Source of the DNA: Acidobacteriota bacterium
Lineage (GTDB): Bacteria > Acidobacteriota > UBA6911 > RPQK01 > JAJDTT01
NCBI GenBank assembly: GCA_965209055.1
Contig: OZ242374.1
Coordinates: forward strand, 1,440,001 to 1,504,000
DNA length: 64,000 nt
Direction: 5' to 3'
Shown piece after piece: positions 1-10,304 of this stretch; the first letter of the stretch is position 1; each line of letters begins with the position of its first letter. A program made the translations under genes and the position numbers. The notes beneath the pieces were generated by a model. It was not told the DNA's origin. It worked only from the letters and a program-made list of their open reading frames with translations, and ran no database searches.

Positions 1-457
1 CGTTCGCAAAGGCGAAGCCGGGAAGGTCGAGCTGAAACCGGAATCCGGGACCGAGCTTGAGAACCTTGGCCTGAGCTCCCCAGTTCAGTGCGCCCAGGGG
101 GCCAATCCCGCGGATCGGTCCCCACGACACCTTCTGTCCGGTGATCGCGCCCAGGTTGAAGTAGGGATACCACTCCATGTAGATGTCCCGGTCCGCACTC
201 GAACCCGAGCAGCAGATCATGTCCATGAAGAAGAAATTCTCTCCGTAGCTCCAGCCGCTGGCGTGCTGAATGGTGAGAATGCTCTGGAACCCGCTCGGGC
301 TGACCAGGTGCGGCCGCAGTGCGCGGCCGCCCTGGTATTGAGCCTCGGTAACGCTCCACCCCTGGGCCCGAACGATCCCTTCAATCGCCGCGGGACAAAC
401 CGCCATCAGCAAAAGGAGGACGCCGTAACGGTGAATCGTAGTTTTCATGGCAGGCAT
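1..457 (-). CDS. Tsx/OmpK-like nucleoside-binding outer membrane channel protein (partial, runs off the left edge)
   Basis: Not in the ORF track; translated by hand from ATG 457 (or 448): MPAMKTTIHRYGVLLLLMAV... signal-peptide-like start, then LTIQHASGWSYGENFFFMD and IYMEWYPYFNL, which resemble Tsx-like beta-barrel motifs. No stop before position 1. Confidence 0.7.
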   Translation of the reverse strand, partial: MPAMKTTIHRYGVLLLLMAVCPAAIEGIVRAQGWSVTEAQYQGGRALRPHLVSPSGFQSILTIQHASGWSYGENFFFMDMICCSGSSADRDIYMEWYPYFNLGAITGQKVSWGPIRGIGPLGALNWGAQAKVLKLGPGFRFQLDLPGFAFAN

Positions 458-503
458 TGGTTCGACGATGGCCGTGGAAGCCCGGACGCCGGACTGCGGC
501 CCT

Positions 504-1172
504 TCAGTCAGCCGCCGGTTTCCGCTTCCAGGCATATTTACCGATCAAGGGCACGAAAACACATCGTTCCGCGCGGTCGGTTCGATATCCATCCCCCTTC
601 CGGGTCACGATGTGCAGCACCTGGGAATAATCCCGTCCCAAGGGGATCACCAGGCGCCCCGACTCGCTCAACTGCTGCAGCAGCGGTTCGGGAATCCTGG
701 GAGACGCGGCGCCGACGATGATGCTCTCAAAAGGCGCGTGTTCCTCCCAACCCAGCGTCCCGTCGGCCACTCGCAGCCGGACATCCCGGTAGCCGAGCCC
801 GGCGAGCCGATTCGCCGCCTCGCCGGCCAGTTCCGGGATCCGTTCCACGCTGAAGACCTGGACCTTCATGGCCGCAAGCAACGCCGCCTGATATCCGCTT
901 CCGGTCCCGATGTCCAGCACACGGTTCCCCGGGGACACCCTCGCCGCTCTGATCATGGCGGCAACCATGTAGGGCTGGCTGACGGTCTGATCATGGCCGA
1001 TGGGAAGGGGGCCGTCATCGTATGCCCGCTCGATCCATTTGTCGGGCACGAAACGATGACGGGGAACTTCCAGGAACGCCTCCAGCACACGATCGTCCCG
1101 GATGCCTCGACCTCTCAGTTGCTTCTCCACCATGTCGCGGCGTTGCCGGCCGTAGGAAGCTCCCCGCTTCAC
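504..1172 (-). CDS. pcm: Protein-L-isoaspartate(D-aspartate) O-methyltransferase
   Basis: VPRHRFVP, AYDDGPLPIGHDQTVSQPY, VLDIGTGSGYQAA and FVPLIG motifs. Confidence 0.95.
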   Translation of the reverse strand: MKRGASYGRQRRDMVEKQLRGRGIRDDRVLEAFLEVPRHRFVPDKWIERAYDDGPLPIGHDQTVSQPYMVAAMIRAARVSPGNRVLDIGTGSGYQAALLAAMKVQVFSVERIPELAGEAANRLAGLGYRDVRLRVADGTLGWEEHAPFESIIVGAASPRIPEPLLQQLSESGRLVIPLGRDYSQVLHIVTRKGDGYRTDRAERCVFVPLIGKYAWKRKPAAD

Positions 1173-1981
1173 GCCATTCTCCGGTAGAACGATCTCCGAT
1201 GCACGGGTGTCCGCCCGTGTTTCTCGATCGCCAGTCGATGCTGTTCCGTCCCGTAGCCTTTGTGGCGGGCAAATCCATACTCCGGAAACAAGCGGTCCAG
1301 CTTCTTCATGAGCCGATCCCGATGAGTTTTCGCCAGGATCGATGCCCCGGCAATCGAGAAATGCCTACGGTCCCCTCCGACGCAGGCCTCCTGCGGGATT
1401 TCGAGCTCCGGGATCCGGCGGCCGTCCACCAAAGCGAACTCCGGCGCCGGGCAGAGAGCCGCGACGGCCCGCTTCATGGCCAGCAGACCAGCATGGAAAA
1501 TATTCAGCCGGTCGATCTCCTCCACCGACGCCTCTCCGATTCCCATGGCGACCGCGTCCCGGGCAATGATTCCGGCCAGCTCGTCGCGCCTCGCACTCGA
1601 GAGTTTCTTGGAGTCGTCCATGCCGCGGATTTCGATGCCCGGTTCGAAAATCACCGCGGCGGCGACGACCGGACCCGCCAAAGGGCCCATGCCGGCTTCG
1701 TCGACACCGGCGACACGCACCATCCCGCGGCGCCACAGCGCGCGCTCCTTCTCCAGCATCGACTTCAATCGGCGACTTTCCGCCCGGGTCGCGGCTCGCG
1801 CGCGCGCCAGACGGCGCGCCAGACGCCGCACGCCGACTCTCCGATCGCCCGCCAATTCGGACAACACCGCGGAAGTCACCTGGACTTCACGGGACGCAAG
1901 AGCTTGCCTGATCTGGGAAAAAGTCAATCGAGAGAGCTCCAGTGCCGCCATTCGGTTCGCCACTCCAGCCGATTTCGACAT
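1169..1981 (-). CDS. rnhB: Ribonuclease HII with N-terminal helical extension
   Basis: GVDEAGMGPLAGPVVAAAV, DSKKL, SIAGASILAK and HKGYGT motifs. Start uncertain (1951-2002). Confidence 0.95.
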   Translation of the reverse strand: MSKSAGVANRMAALELSRLTFSQIRQALASREVQVTSAVLSELAGDRRVGVRRLARRLARARAATRAESRRLKSMLEKERALWRRGMVRVAGVDEAGMGPLAGPVVAAAVIFEPGIEIRGMDDSKKLSSARRDELAGIIARDAVAMGIGEASVEEIDRLNIFHAGLLAMKRAVAALCPAPEFALVDGRRIPELEIPQEACVGGDRRHFSIAGASILAKTHRDRLMKKLDRLFPEYGFARHKGYGTEQHRLAIEKHGRTPVHRRSFYRRMA

Positions 1982-2071
1982 GCGTGAGCCCGGCCCCGGC
2001 ACCGGTAAGCAGGGATTGCGAAGAGGCTGATTCTTTTTCGGGTGTTTGCAAATCCATTATAATGCCCCGCC

Positions 2072-2821
2072 GTGAGCACCGGCAATATCGGTCTCGTGGG
2101 CTTCGGGCGTTTCGGGCGCCTGGTCCACCGCCACCTGCCCGCCGGCAGGGTCGCCGGCGTATACGACCGCGATCCCGAAAAACTGGCCGGGCTGGCGGAT
2201 GCCGCCACCCTGGAGCAGGTTCTCAAGGGCCAGTACGTCATCCTGGCCACCCCCATCTCCGCCATCGACGCCATTTGCCGGCAGATTTCTCCGGCTCTCC
2301 GAACCGGCCAGGTGGTGATTGACACCTGCAGCGTCAAGCAATACCCCGTCGACTGCATGTCGTCCCGCCTGCCGGACGACGTTCAGATCCTGGGCACCCA
2401 CCCCCTCTTCGGACCCGACAGCGGCAGGGATGGGATCGGAGGAATGAAGATCGCAGTCTGTCCAGTGCGAATCGACTCCGCCAACTACGACTGCATACGC
2501 AATTTCCTCCAAGGCCTCGGATTGGAGATCATCGAGACGACGCCGCAGGAGCACGACCGGAGACTCGCTCGCACCCAAGCCATCTTCCACCTGATCTCCC
2601 AGGCGCTGAAGGAGTTGGATTGGCGAGGACAGCGGCTCTCCACACCGGGACCGGACGCCTTCTACCGCCTCGCCGAAACCGTTCAGAACGACACCTCCGA
2701 GCTATTCAGGGACATGGAACAGCGCAATCGCTACGCCGGCGCGGCCCGGCGGGAGTTCATCAGCAAACTGGTGGAGATCGACGAGATTCTCGCTCGTGGC
2801 GACATGCCCGGGACGGCTTGA
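2072..2821 (+). CDS. tyrA: Prephenate/arogenate dehydrogenase family protein
   Basis: Rossmann GFGRFG, DTCSVK, THPLFGP and EHDR motifs. Confidence 0.8.
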   Translation: MSTGNIGLVGFGRFGRLVHRHLPAGRVAGVYDRDPEKLAGLADAATLEQVLKGQYVILATPISAIDAICRQISPALRTGQVVIDTCSVKQYPVDCMSSRLPDDVQILGTHPLFGPDSGRDGIGGMKIAVCPVRIDSANYDCIRNFLQGLGLEIIETTPQEHDRRLARTQAIFHLISQALKELDWRGQRLSTPGPDAFYRLAETVQNDTSELFRDMEQRNRYAGAARREFISKLVEIDEILARGDMPGTA

Positions 2822-2827
2822 GCCACC

Positions 2828-3517
2828 ATGAAAGCCGCTGACGCGCCTCTGTCGCAGCGCATTTCCCTGGCTGCAGGAAGTACGGCCGGGTGGGCCCTGA
2901 TCTGGGGTCTCGGCACACTTCTTCGATACCGGGTCGAAGGCTGGGAACATTTTGCCCGGTTGAATCGGCGAGGCACTCCCTTCATCTTCAGCTTCTGGCA
3001 CAACCAGATCTTTTGCGCCACCCATTTCTGGCGATTCCGGGAGATCGGCGTGATCACAAGCCAGCACGCCGACGGGGAGTACATGGCCCGCATCATTCGC
3101 CGATTCGGATACCATCCGGCCAGGGGATCCAGCCGCAGAGGTTCGACCCGGGCCCTCCTTCAGCTCAAGCGGCACCTGGCCGGCGGCCGGCCCGTGGGGT
3201 TTGCCGCCGACGGGCCGGTGGGTCCGGCCTACAGGGTGAAACCGGGGCCGATCTGGCTCTCCATGAAGACAGGGTTTCCCATTCTCCCGTTCCACATCCA
3301 GCCTCGCCGATTCTGGGCCGGTTCCGGCTGGGACGGCTTTCGAATCCCCAAACCCTTCTCTCAAACCTTGGTGAAGATCGGACACCCGCTCCTGGTGCCC
3401 CGCGGACAATCCGCCTCGGACTGGCTGCCCAGGTATCAGGAAACGATGGATGCCCTCAAGGAATACTGCGAGTCCTACCCCTGGAACCGCGAGAGAAGGC
3501 TGGAGAGCTCACACTGA
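2828..3517 (+). CDS. DUF374 / lysophospholipid acyltransferase family protein
   Basis: FWHNQ, SQHADGE, RGSSRRG, ADGPVGP and WDGFRIPKPF motifs. Confidence 0.85.
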   Translation: MKAADAPLSQRISLAAGSTAGWALIWGLGTLLRYRVEGWEHFARLNRRGTPFIFSFWHNQIFCATHFWRFREIGVITSQHADGEYMARIIRRFGYHPARGSSRRGSTRALLQLKRHLAGGRPVGFAADGPVGPAYRVKPGPIWLSMKTGFPILPFHIQPRRFWAGSGWDGFRIPKPFSQTLVKIGHPLLVPRGQSASDWLPRYQETMDALKEYCESYPWNRERRLESSH

Positions 3518-4946
3518 CGTCACGCTGGAAGAAGAACATCTTCCAGGTGGGAATTTCCAGCAGGGCCAGCCGCAAATTGTACCGCCCCGGCTGCACGAAG
3601 AGCTTGTTGGTGTAGATGATCCCCCGGCCGTCTCGAAGCTCCTTTCTTTCCAGGGTGGCCCGGAAGAATTCTCTCATCCTGACCACTTCCCGCCCGTCCG
3701 CGTCCACCAACTGACCGATGATTCCCAATTGGGTTCGGACGTCTCCATCCGGCTCCCTTGAGAGCGTGTAGGGACTGATTTTGATTCGGAAGGGCAACCC
3801 GACCTTGCCCGAGATCTGGCCCCTGGGCCGGAGGATGTCCACGTCGGCGCCCAGCTCGTACCGGTCCAGACCCTCGTCTTCGGGGGGTCCCAGCTCGACT
3901 TCGCTGTAAAAGAGTGCCTCGATGAACTTCTTCTTGGCGCGGAGGCGGCCGGGCGCCCGGGTGAAGGGACGCGACACCAGTAAATCGGGGTTCGAGGTGG
4001 TGACGAGAGCCGGCGAGTCGGGGTCGATTCCCGGAGTCGGCTCGCCGGAGACGCCGATGGAATAGAGGTTGCCGAAGACGTCGTCGTTGATCTGCGCCAG
4101 GGTGGAATCGAAGTCCAGGATGGTTTCGATTCCGCTGAAGTGCATTCCGCCGGTCTGCACGGCCAAACGAGCGAAGGCGGCCGCCTTCTCCTCCTCCTTC
4201 GGATCTTCCGCCGCCACGAGTCCCGGAGCCGTCGGCAAAGCGGTCGCCGACGGAACCAGAATCGTATAGATCCTCACATCCTCGCGCCGGGCCCGGGCCG
4301 CGGCCCTCTCGGCCCGGTGGTAGGCATCGTCCATCCCATCAGAGACCAGAATCAACACCTTTCCGTCGCCGGGCCTCGCCCGGGTCCCAAGGGGTGCGAG
4401 CAGCGCCTCCACCGACTCGTAAATCGCGGTTCGTCCCTGATGCGGCCGGGCCGCCGCGAAGGCTTTTTCCGCAAGTTGCTTGCGGGAAGTGAACTCCTGA
4501 AAAACCAGCAGCTTGTCGGTAAACCCGAAGACGCCGATCTGGGTGAACAGGTGGATGTTGTCCAGAAAGTTCTGGGCGGCCATGATCTCTTCCGCCCGGG
4601 TGGCAAAGGTGCTTCCGCTCACGTCCAGAAGAAAGGCGATCCAGAGGCGGCCCAGGTCAGCCGTCCGTTTTCGCGGCGGCCGAAAGAAGACGATCTCCCT
4701 CTCCCTGCCGCCCTGGACCACGCGGAAGTCCTCCTGCGTCAGGGTATTGACCAACTTGTTCCCGGGATCTCTGACGGTGAAACGAAGCAGAACCAGATCG
4801 ACTCTGACCCGGATCGCTTCGTCCTGGTCCTGGTCCTGGTCCTGCCCGTTCGCCCAGGACGGGCCCAGACAGATCCAGAGCAACGGGGCCAGGGTCAGCC
4901 GCCCGAGCTGTCCCCAACGTCGCCGACTCCGGACCTCACGTCTCAT
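3456..4946 (-). CDS. Secreted VWA-domain protein (Acidobacterial VWFA-related type)
   Basis: Signal-peptide-like N-terminus, IRVRVDLV...FTVRD...L..EDF, MIDAS DVSGS, TAIYES, SDGMD, TGG. ATG at 4946 lies just after the folE stop. Confidence 0.85.
   Translation of the reverse strand: MRREVRSRRRWGQLGRLTLAPLLWICLGPSWANGQDQDQDQDEAIRVRVDLVLLRFTVRDPGNKLVNTLTQEDFRVVQGGREREIVFFRPPRKRTADLGRLWIAFLLDVSGSTFATRAEEIMAAQNFLDNIHLFTQIGVFGFTDKLLVFQEFTSRKQLAEKAFAAARPHQGRTAIYESVEALLAPLGTRARPGDGKVLILVSDGMDDAYHRAERAAARARREDVRIYTILVPSATALPTAPGLVAAEDPKEEEKAAAFARLAVQTGGMHFSGIETILDFDSTLAQINDDVFGNLYSIGVSGEPTPGIDPDSPALVTTSNPDLLVSRPFTRAPGRLRAKKKFIEALFYSEVELGPPEDEGLDRYELGADVDILRPRGQISGKVGLPFRIKISPYTLSREPDGDVRTQLGIIGQLVDADGREVVRMREFFRATLERKELRDGRGIIYTNKLFVQPGRYNLRLALLEIPTWKMFFFQRDVSVSSPAFSRGSRGRTRSIP
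4821..4844. repeat. (GTCCTG)x4 in-frame hexamer repeat encoding QDQDQDQD
   Basis: Four perfect copies read directly, located just after the signal peptide of the VWA protein. Confidence 0.9.
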
Positions 4947-4947
4947 T

Positions 4948-5499
4948 TCAAGTTTTCCGGGCACCCACCAGATGCAGAAACTCACTCCGGGACCACTGAT
5001 CGTCCCTGAACTTGCCCAGCATGGCGGAAGTCATGACCCGAGTTTGCCGCTTTTCGACCCCTCGCATCAACATGCACAAGTGTTGCGCTTCGACGACGAC
5101 CGCCACGCCCTTGGGGCGGATCTTGTCATTGACGGTCTCGGCAATCTGCTGGGTGAGCCGTTCCTGGACTTGAAGGCGCCGCGCGAACACGTCCACGATC
5201 CTCGGAATCTTGCTGAGCCCGATGACCCGGTCCGTTGGGAGATAGCCCACATGGCACCGTCCGAAGAAGGGCAACAGGTGATGTTCGCAAAGACTATAGA
5301 CCTCGATGTCCTTGACGATGACCATTTCATCGTATTCCACGTTGAAATACGCTCCGTTGAGCACCTCGTCCACATCCTGCGCGTATCCCCTGGTCAGGAA
5401 CCGCAGGGCGCGGCCGACTCTTTCGGGAGTGCCCACAAGCCCCTCCCGATTGGGGTCCTCGCCGATCTCATGAAGCAACTTCCTGACCAAATCCTCCAA
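4948..5499 (-). CDS. folE: GTP cyclohydrolase I
   Basis: [34 protein letters not shown] and HLCMLMRG motifs. TTG start at 5499 with GGAGG upstream. Confidence 0.96.
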   Translation of the reverse strand: MEDLVRKLLHEIGEDPNREGLVGTPERVGRALRFLTRGYAQDVDEVLNGAYFNVEYDEMVIVKDIEVYSLCEHHLLPFFGRCHVGYLPTDRVIGLSKIPRIVDVFARRLQVQERLTQQIAETVNDKIRPKGVAVVVEAQHLCMLMRGVEKRQTRVMTSAMLGKFRDDQWSRSEFLHLVGARKT

Positions 5500-5551
5500 G
5501 GCCGACCTCCTGCAACTCTCGATTTCCGAACCTGGGACCCGGCAACCGGAA

Positions 5552-5893
5552 TCAACCCGGCGGCCAGCCCATGTGTCGACCGCCCAGAACATGGGCGTGA
5601 ATGTGAAAAACACTCTGCCCGGCCGCAGCGCCGTTGTTCAGGACGACTCGATAGCCCGAGGCCAAACCTTCATCGCGCGCGACCCTCTTCGCAAGCAGCA
5701 ACAGCCGGCCGAGAAGGGCAGTGTCCTCCTCCGCCGCATCGCCCAATGAGCCAACGTGCTTCTTGGGGATCACCAGGACATGGGTGGGCGCCTGGGGGTT
5801 GATGTCCCGGAACGCCATGGCCCATTCATCCTCCGCCACCACTGCCGCGTGAAGCTCTCCGTTCACGATCCGGCAGAACAGGCAATCACTCAT
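5552..5893 (-). CDS. hinT: Histidine triad nucleotide-binding protein
   Basis: [31 protein letters not shown] and WPPG C-terminus. Confidence 0.93.
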   Translation of the reverse strand: MSDCLFCRIVNGELHAAVVAEDEWAMAFRDINPQAPTHVLVIPKKHVGSLGDAAEEDTALLGRLLLLAKRVARDEGLASGYRVVLNNGAAAGQSVFHIHAHVLGGRHMGWPPG

Positions 5894-6803
5894 CGTACAC
5901 CTCGCCGTGGTTCCTCCGGACCAACACCAGACATCGTTCGATGCCTGCCAAATCTCTCCGCGTCTCCACGGCGCGCCAGTTCCGGCGCCGCGCCAAGCGG
6001 CACACCCGCGCCCGGGCGCCTGCATCGATCTCCAATACCAGAGGGCCCGCCGGCGTCATGACCGACGGACATCCCTTCAGCAACGTTTCGTACATCTCCA
6101 GACCGTCGGGACCCGCAAAGACGGCGGCTCCGGGCTCATACGCGGCCACAGACCGGTCGACCCGGTCCCGGTCGGCTGTTGGGACATAGGGGGGATTCGA
6201 TACCACAAGATCCCAGCGGGTGGCCCGCCCCTCCAAAGGCGTCAGGTTTCGCCCCTCCAAAAACTCGATCCGGGATTCGCAACCGTAGCGCACCGCGTTC
6301 CGCCTGGCCACCGCCAGCGCGCGGCGTGAAATATCCGTGGCCGTTACCCGGAGCCGCGGCCGTTCGGCGGCCAAGGTCACCGCAATGACCCCCGAACCCG
6401 TTCCCACGTCGAGCACTGCCGGGTTCGGCAGAGCCATGGCGTCGATCCGTTCCAGGCAGACATCCACCAACAACTCCGTTTCCGGCCGTGGGATCAGCAC
6501 GCCCGGTCCAACGGCGAAATCCCTTCCGTAAAACTCCTGATTCCCCAACAAATACTGGATCGGATAGTGCCCCGCCCGCTTCTGGAGCCAGCTCGTCCAT
6601 CTCCTGGCCTGGGCCGGGTCCAAGTGCAGTTCGGGGTGCGCCAGCAGGTACGCACGGGAGCGCCCCAGAAGGGAACCCAGCATCAACTCCGCATCCAGGC
6701 GGGGACTGCGGATGCGTTTCCGCTTGAGGCACGAGGTTCCCTGCCGAACCGCGTCCCCCACCGTCAACTCCGTCGGAATCCTGTCCAGGTGCGTGTCAGG
6801 CAA
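5886..6803 (-). CDS. prmC: Release factor glutamine methyltransferase
   Basis: VLIPRPETE, DVGTGSG and SNPPY motifs; overlaps the prfA stop. Confidence 0.96.
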   Translation of the reverse strand: MPDTHLDRIPTELTVGDAVRQGTSCLKRKRIRSPRLDAELMLGSLLGRSRAYLLAHPELHLDPAQARRWTSWLQKRAGHYPIQYLLGNQEFYGRDFAVGPGVLIPRPETELLVDVCLERIDAMALPNPAVLDVGTGSGVIAVTLAAERPRLRVTATDISRRALAVARRNAVRYGCESRIEFLEGRNLTPLEGRATRWDLVVSNPPYVPTADRDRVDRSVAAYEPGAAVFAGPDGLEMYETLLKGCPSVMTPAGPLVLEIDAGARARVCRLARRRNWRAVETRRDLAGIERCLVLVRRNHGEVYDE

Positions 6804-7869
6804 TTTTCTGTGCTTTCAGCGCTTCAGCCTGATCGAAAGCGGTCAGGCGATCGAGGATGCCGTCAAGCGCGCCCCCCAGAACGGCCTCCAGCCGGTGCAG
6901 TGTGACGCCGATCCTGTGGTCGGTGATGCGGTTCTGGGGAAAGTTGTAGGTCCGGATCTTCTCGCTGCGGTCTCCGCTGCCGACCAAGGCGCGGCGAGTG
7001 GCCGCCATCTCGTCGTGACGGTCCCGGAGAGCCCGCTCGTACAACCGCGACCTCAACACCTTGAGCGCCTTGTTCTTGTTCTTGAGCTGCGACTTCTCGT
7101 CCTGGCAGGTCACGACCTCCCCGGTGGGAATGTGCGTGACACGGACCGCCGAGTAGGTCGTATTCACCGACTGGCCACCGGGACCGGAGGAGCAGTAGGT
7201 GTCCCACCGAAGGTCCTTGGGCTGGATCTTGATATCGACGTCATCCGCTTCCGGCAAGACCGCGACCGTTACGGCGGAAGTGTGAACCCTTCCCTGGGTC
7301 TCGGTTTGGGGCACGCGTTGGACGCGGTGCACGCCGCTTTCAAACTTGAGACGTCCGTAAACCTGCTTGCCTTCGATGGTGGCGCTCACCTCCTTCAGTC
7401 CGCCCGCATCGGTGCCATGAGCGGAGATGATGTCCACCCTCCACCCGTGCGACTCGGCATACCTGACGTACATGCGGAAAACTTCCTGGGCGAACAGGCT
7501 GGCTTCGACCCCCCCCGTGCCGGCGCGGATCTCCAGGATCGCGTTCTTTTCGTCGTTGGGGTCGCGCGGCAGAAGCAGGATGCGCAACTCCCCTTCCTGC
7601 TCGGCGAGGCGGACCTCGAGCAACGTCAACTCAGCTTTCGCCAACTCCGCCAATTCAACATCCGTCTCGGCCCCGGCCATCTCCTCGAGATCCTTTGCCT
7701 CGTGGAGGGCGCGCCGGTACGACCGGTATTTTTCGACCAGTGGACGCAACTCCGCATAGGTTCTTGCGGCCTCCCGGTAACGATCCCGGGAGGCAACGAC
7801 CTGGGGATCTCCCAATTGCCGGGAAATCTGCTCGTAGTCTGCCTCCAGGGCGCGCAGTTTCTCTAACAT
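6796..7869 (-). CDS. prfA: Peptide chain release factor 1
   Basis: ESGVHRVQRVPQTE (PxT), GPGGQSVN and RTYNFPQNR motifs. Start re-chosen at MLEKL. Confidence 0.97.
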   Translation of the reverse strand: MLEKLRALEADYEQISRQLGDPQVVASRDRYREAARTYAELRPLVEKYRSYRRALHEAKDLEEMAGAETDVELAELAKAELTLLEVRLAEQEGELRILLLPRDPNDEKNAILEIRAGTGGVEASLFAQEVFRMYVRYAESHGWRVDIISAHGTDAGGLKEVSATIEGKQVYGRLKFESGVHRVQRVPQTETQGRVHTSAVTVAVLPEADDVDIKIQPKDLRWDTYCSSGPGGQSVNTTYSAVRVTHIPTGEVVTCQDEKSQLKNKNKALKVLRSRLYERALRDRHDEMAATRRALVGSGDRSEKIRTYNFPQNRITDHRIGVTLHRLEAVLGGALDGILDRLTAFDQAEALKAQKIA

Positions 7870-7997
7870 GGCGGGGGCTTGGGGAGACTCGGCTCCCCGA
7901 CTCCGGTTTGGGGTTCCAGGGTCCCGCGGCGAGAGTCGCCGCGGCATTCGGGCGCAACACCGGCGCCAGTGCGACGCTAAACCGTCACCGCAGCCTC

Positions 7998-8204
7998 CTA
8001 TTTGATGAGGCCGTACTTCCTCTGGAACCGCTCGACGCGGCCTGCGATGTCTATCAGCTTCTGCTTACCGGTGAAAAAGGGATGGCAACTGGAACAGATA
8101 TCGAGGCGCAATTGGCCCTTGTGGGTGGATCGGGTTTCCCACCCCGCGCCGCACGCACAGCGCACCGTGACGACGTCGTATTCGGGATGGATGCCTGCTT
8201 TCAT
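7998..8204 (-). CDS. rpmE: 50S ribosomal protein L31 (Zn-binding type)
   Basis: [12 protein letters not shown]...[10 protein letters not shown] and GRVERF motifs. Confidence 0.96.
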   Translation of the reverse strand: MKAGIHPEYDVVTVRCACGAGWETRSTHKGQLRLDICSSCHPFFTGKQKLIDIAGRVERFQRKYGLIK

Positions 8205-8334
8205 CTCTGACCGCTCCCCTTTCTCACTCGCCTCGCATGCAGCCGCCGCGAAGTTTAGCAAATCGGCCCCGCCCAGTCGAGCCGGCCAGCCCGGGGGCTC
8301 GTTTCTTCCGCCTCGAGCGTCCGGACCGCGGCTC

Positions 8335-8364
8335 TTGACAATCCAGGCGGACCGACGCTAAATG
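8335..8364 (+). promoter_or_regulatory. Putative sigma-70 promoter for rpsA
   Basis: Perfect TTGACA at 8335-8340 and a weak -10 (TAAATG) 18 nt later; GGGAGGA Shine-Dalgarno at about 8504-8510. Confidence 0.4.
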
Positions 8365-8519
8365 AACAGCTTCGCGCGCTGCGCCGGTTGCGGAAGGCGA
8401 CCGGAATATCCTATTCTGATTGCTCCCTCCTTGAATGAGTATGTCGGCCGGTGAGGACAGGGGGGAGTTTGCAGTCCGCCAGGGTAGATCGCGCCGGCCA
8501 GCAGGGAGGAACTTAGCGG

Positions 8520-10304
8520 ATGGCTCCAACTGGAACCGACAAAGAGCTTGAAAGCCTGATTGCTGCGGGGCTTTCCAACGTCGCGCTCCCCACCATCGAG
8601 ATCGCCGACGACCTTGATCGCGATGCGCTGGTCGAAGCGTACGATACAAGTTTCAAGAACCTCTCCGAGGGCGAGGTGATCCCCGGAACGGTCATCGAGG
8701 TCTCCGATTCCCATGTTCTCGTGGATATTGGATTCAAGTCCGAAGGCCTGGTCCCCATCGGCGAGTTCCGTGAGCGGGGCGGCGTGGTCAACGTCAAGGC
8801 CGGCGACACGGTCGACGTTCTGATGGAGAATTCGGAGACGTTGGACGGCGGCGTGATTCTCTCTCGCGAGAAGGCCGAGAGAATGAAGATCTGGGACAGC
8901 ATCGAGCGCGCCTACCAGGAACAGGCGGTGATCCCGGGGCGCGTCATCGAGCGGGTGAAGGGGGGGCTCTCGGTCGATATCGGGGTTCGCGCCTTCCTGC
9001 CGGGCTCCCAGGTCGACATGCATCCGGTTCGGAACCTGGACAGCTTGCGCGACCAGGAACTCCAGCTCCGGGTGATCAAGGTAAACAAGCGCCGCGGCAA
9101 CATTGTGCTGTCGCGAAAGGCCGTCCTGGAGGAAGAATACTTCAAGCGGAAGGAGGAAACCCTCCGCAGCCTCGAGGAGGGGAAGGTCACCCCGGGAGTC
9201 GTAAAGAACATCACCGACTACGGCGCCTTTGTCGACTTGGGCGGCATCGACGGCCTGCTTCACATCACCGACATGTCTTGGGGGCGGGTCAACCACCCTT
9301 CCGACCTCTTCAAGGTCGGAGACAAGATCGACGTCAAGGTTCTCAAGTTCGACCGAATCGACGAGAAGGTCTCCCTGGGATACAAGCAGCTCACCACCGA
9401 TCCCTGGTACACCGTGGCCCAAAGGTACCCGCGCGGGTCCCGCGTCCCTTCGGTGGTGGTCAGCATCACCGACTACGGCGCCTTCGTCGAATTGGAGGAG
9501 GGTGTCGAGGGACTCATTCACATTTCCGAAATGACCTGGAACCGCCGGATCAAGCATCCTTCCAAGATCCTTTCCGTCGGCGACCAGGTCCAGGCTGTCG
9601 TCCTCGACGTCGACGCCAAGGCCCGCCGCATCTCCATGGGGATGAAACAGACCGAACCGAATCCCTGGGATTCGGTCGAGGAGCGCTACGCGATCAATTC
9701 CGTGGTCAACGGCACCGTCCGGAATCTGACCGATTTCGGCGCCTTCGTCGAGGTGGAGGAGGGAATCGAGGGATTGGTCCATATCTCCGACCTGAGTTGG
9801 ACGAAAAAAATCAAGCATCCGTCGGAGGTTCTCAAGAAAGGGGACGACGTCACCGCGGTGGTGCTGAGTGTCGACGGCGAAAGCCAACGCCTGTCGCTCG
9901 GGATCAAGCAGCTGGGACCCGACAAGTGGGAGGATTTTTTCTCGCGGCATCAAGTTGGGGATCGCGTCCCGGGCAAGGTGGTGCGACTGACCTCGTTTGG
10001 CGCCTTCGTGGAGCTGGACGAGGGCGTCGAAGGGCTCTGCCACATCTCCGAGTTGTCCGAAGAGCGGGTCGAGGACCCCACATCCCACGTCTCGGTGGGC
10101 CAGGAACTCGATTTCGAGATCATAAAGCTCAATCTCCTCGAGCGGAAAATCGGGCTTTCACTGAAGGCCCTGGTTGAGCGGGACCACCGGGAAACCTGGT
10201 CCTACCGGCCGGAGGTGGGCAAGACCTCCATCGGCGAACTGGCGGGCAGCCAACTGGGTGGCCTCAAGCAGCGGGCCATCGACGCAGCGAGAACAAAAAA
10301 ATGA
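8520..10304 (+). CDS. rpsA: 30S ribosomal protein S1
   Basis: Six S1 repeats (DYGAFVDLGGIDGLLH, DYGAFVELEEGVEGLIH, etc.). Confidence 0.97.
   Translation: MAPTGTDKELESLIAAGLSNVALPTIEIADDLDRDALVEAYDTSFKNLSEGEVIPGTVIEVSDSHVLVDIGFKSEGLVPIGEFRERGGVVNVKAGDTVDVLMENSETLDGGVILSREKAERMKIWDSIERAYQEQAVIPGRVIERVKGGLSVDIGVRAFLPGSQVDMHPVRNLDSLRDQELQLRVIKVNKRRGNIVLSRKAVLEEEYFKRKEETLRSLEEGKVTPGVVKNITDYGAFVDLGGIDGLLHITDMSWGRVNHPSDLFKVGDKIDVKVLKFDRIDEKVSLGYKQLTTDPWYTVAQRYPRGSRVPSVVVSITDYGAFVELEEGVEGLIHISEMTWNRRIKHPSKILSVGDQVQAVVLDVDAKARRISMGMKQTEPNPWDSVEERYAINSVVNGTVRNLTDFGAFVEVEEGIEGLVHISDLSWTKKIKHPSEVLKKGDDVTAVVLSVDGESQRLSLGIKQLGPDKWEDFFSRHQVGDRVPGKVVRLTSFGAFVELDEGVEGLCHISELSEERVEDPTSHVSVGQELDFEIIKLNLLERKIGLSLKALVERDHRETWSYRPEVGKTSIGELAGSQLGGLKQRAIDAARTKK

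Noticed and set aside
3456-3517. Convergent 3' overlaps (DUF374/VWA; also 26415-26450 and 31323-31356)
   Set aside because: Short tail overlaps are common in GC-rich genomes where stop codons are scarce; no sign of function.
4821-4844. (GTCCTG)x4 as a phase-variation switch
   Set aside because: The unit length is a multiple of 3, so slippage would only change linker length.
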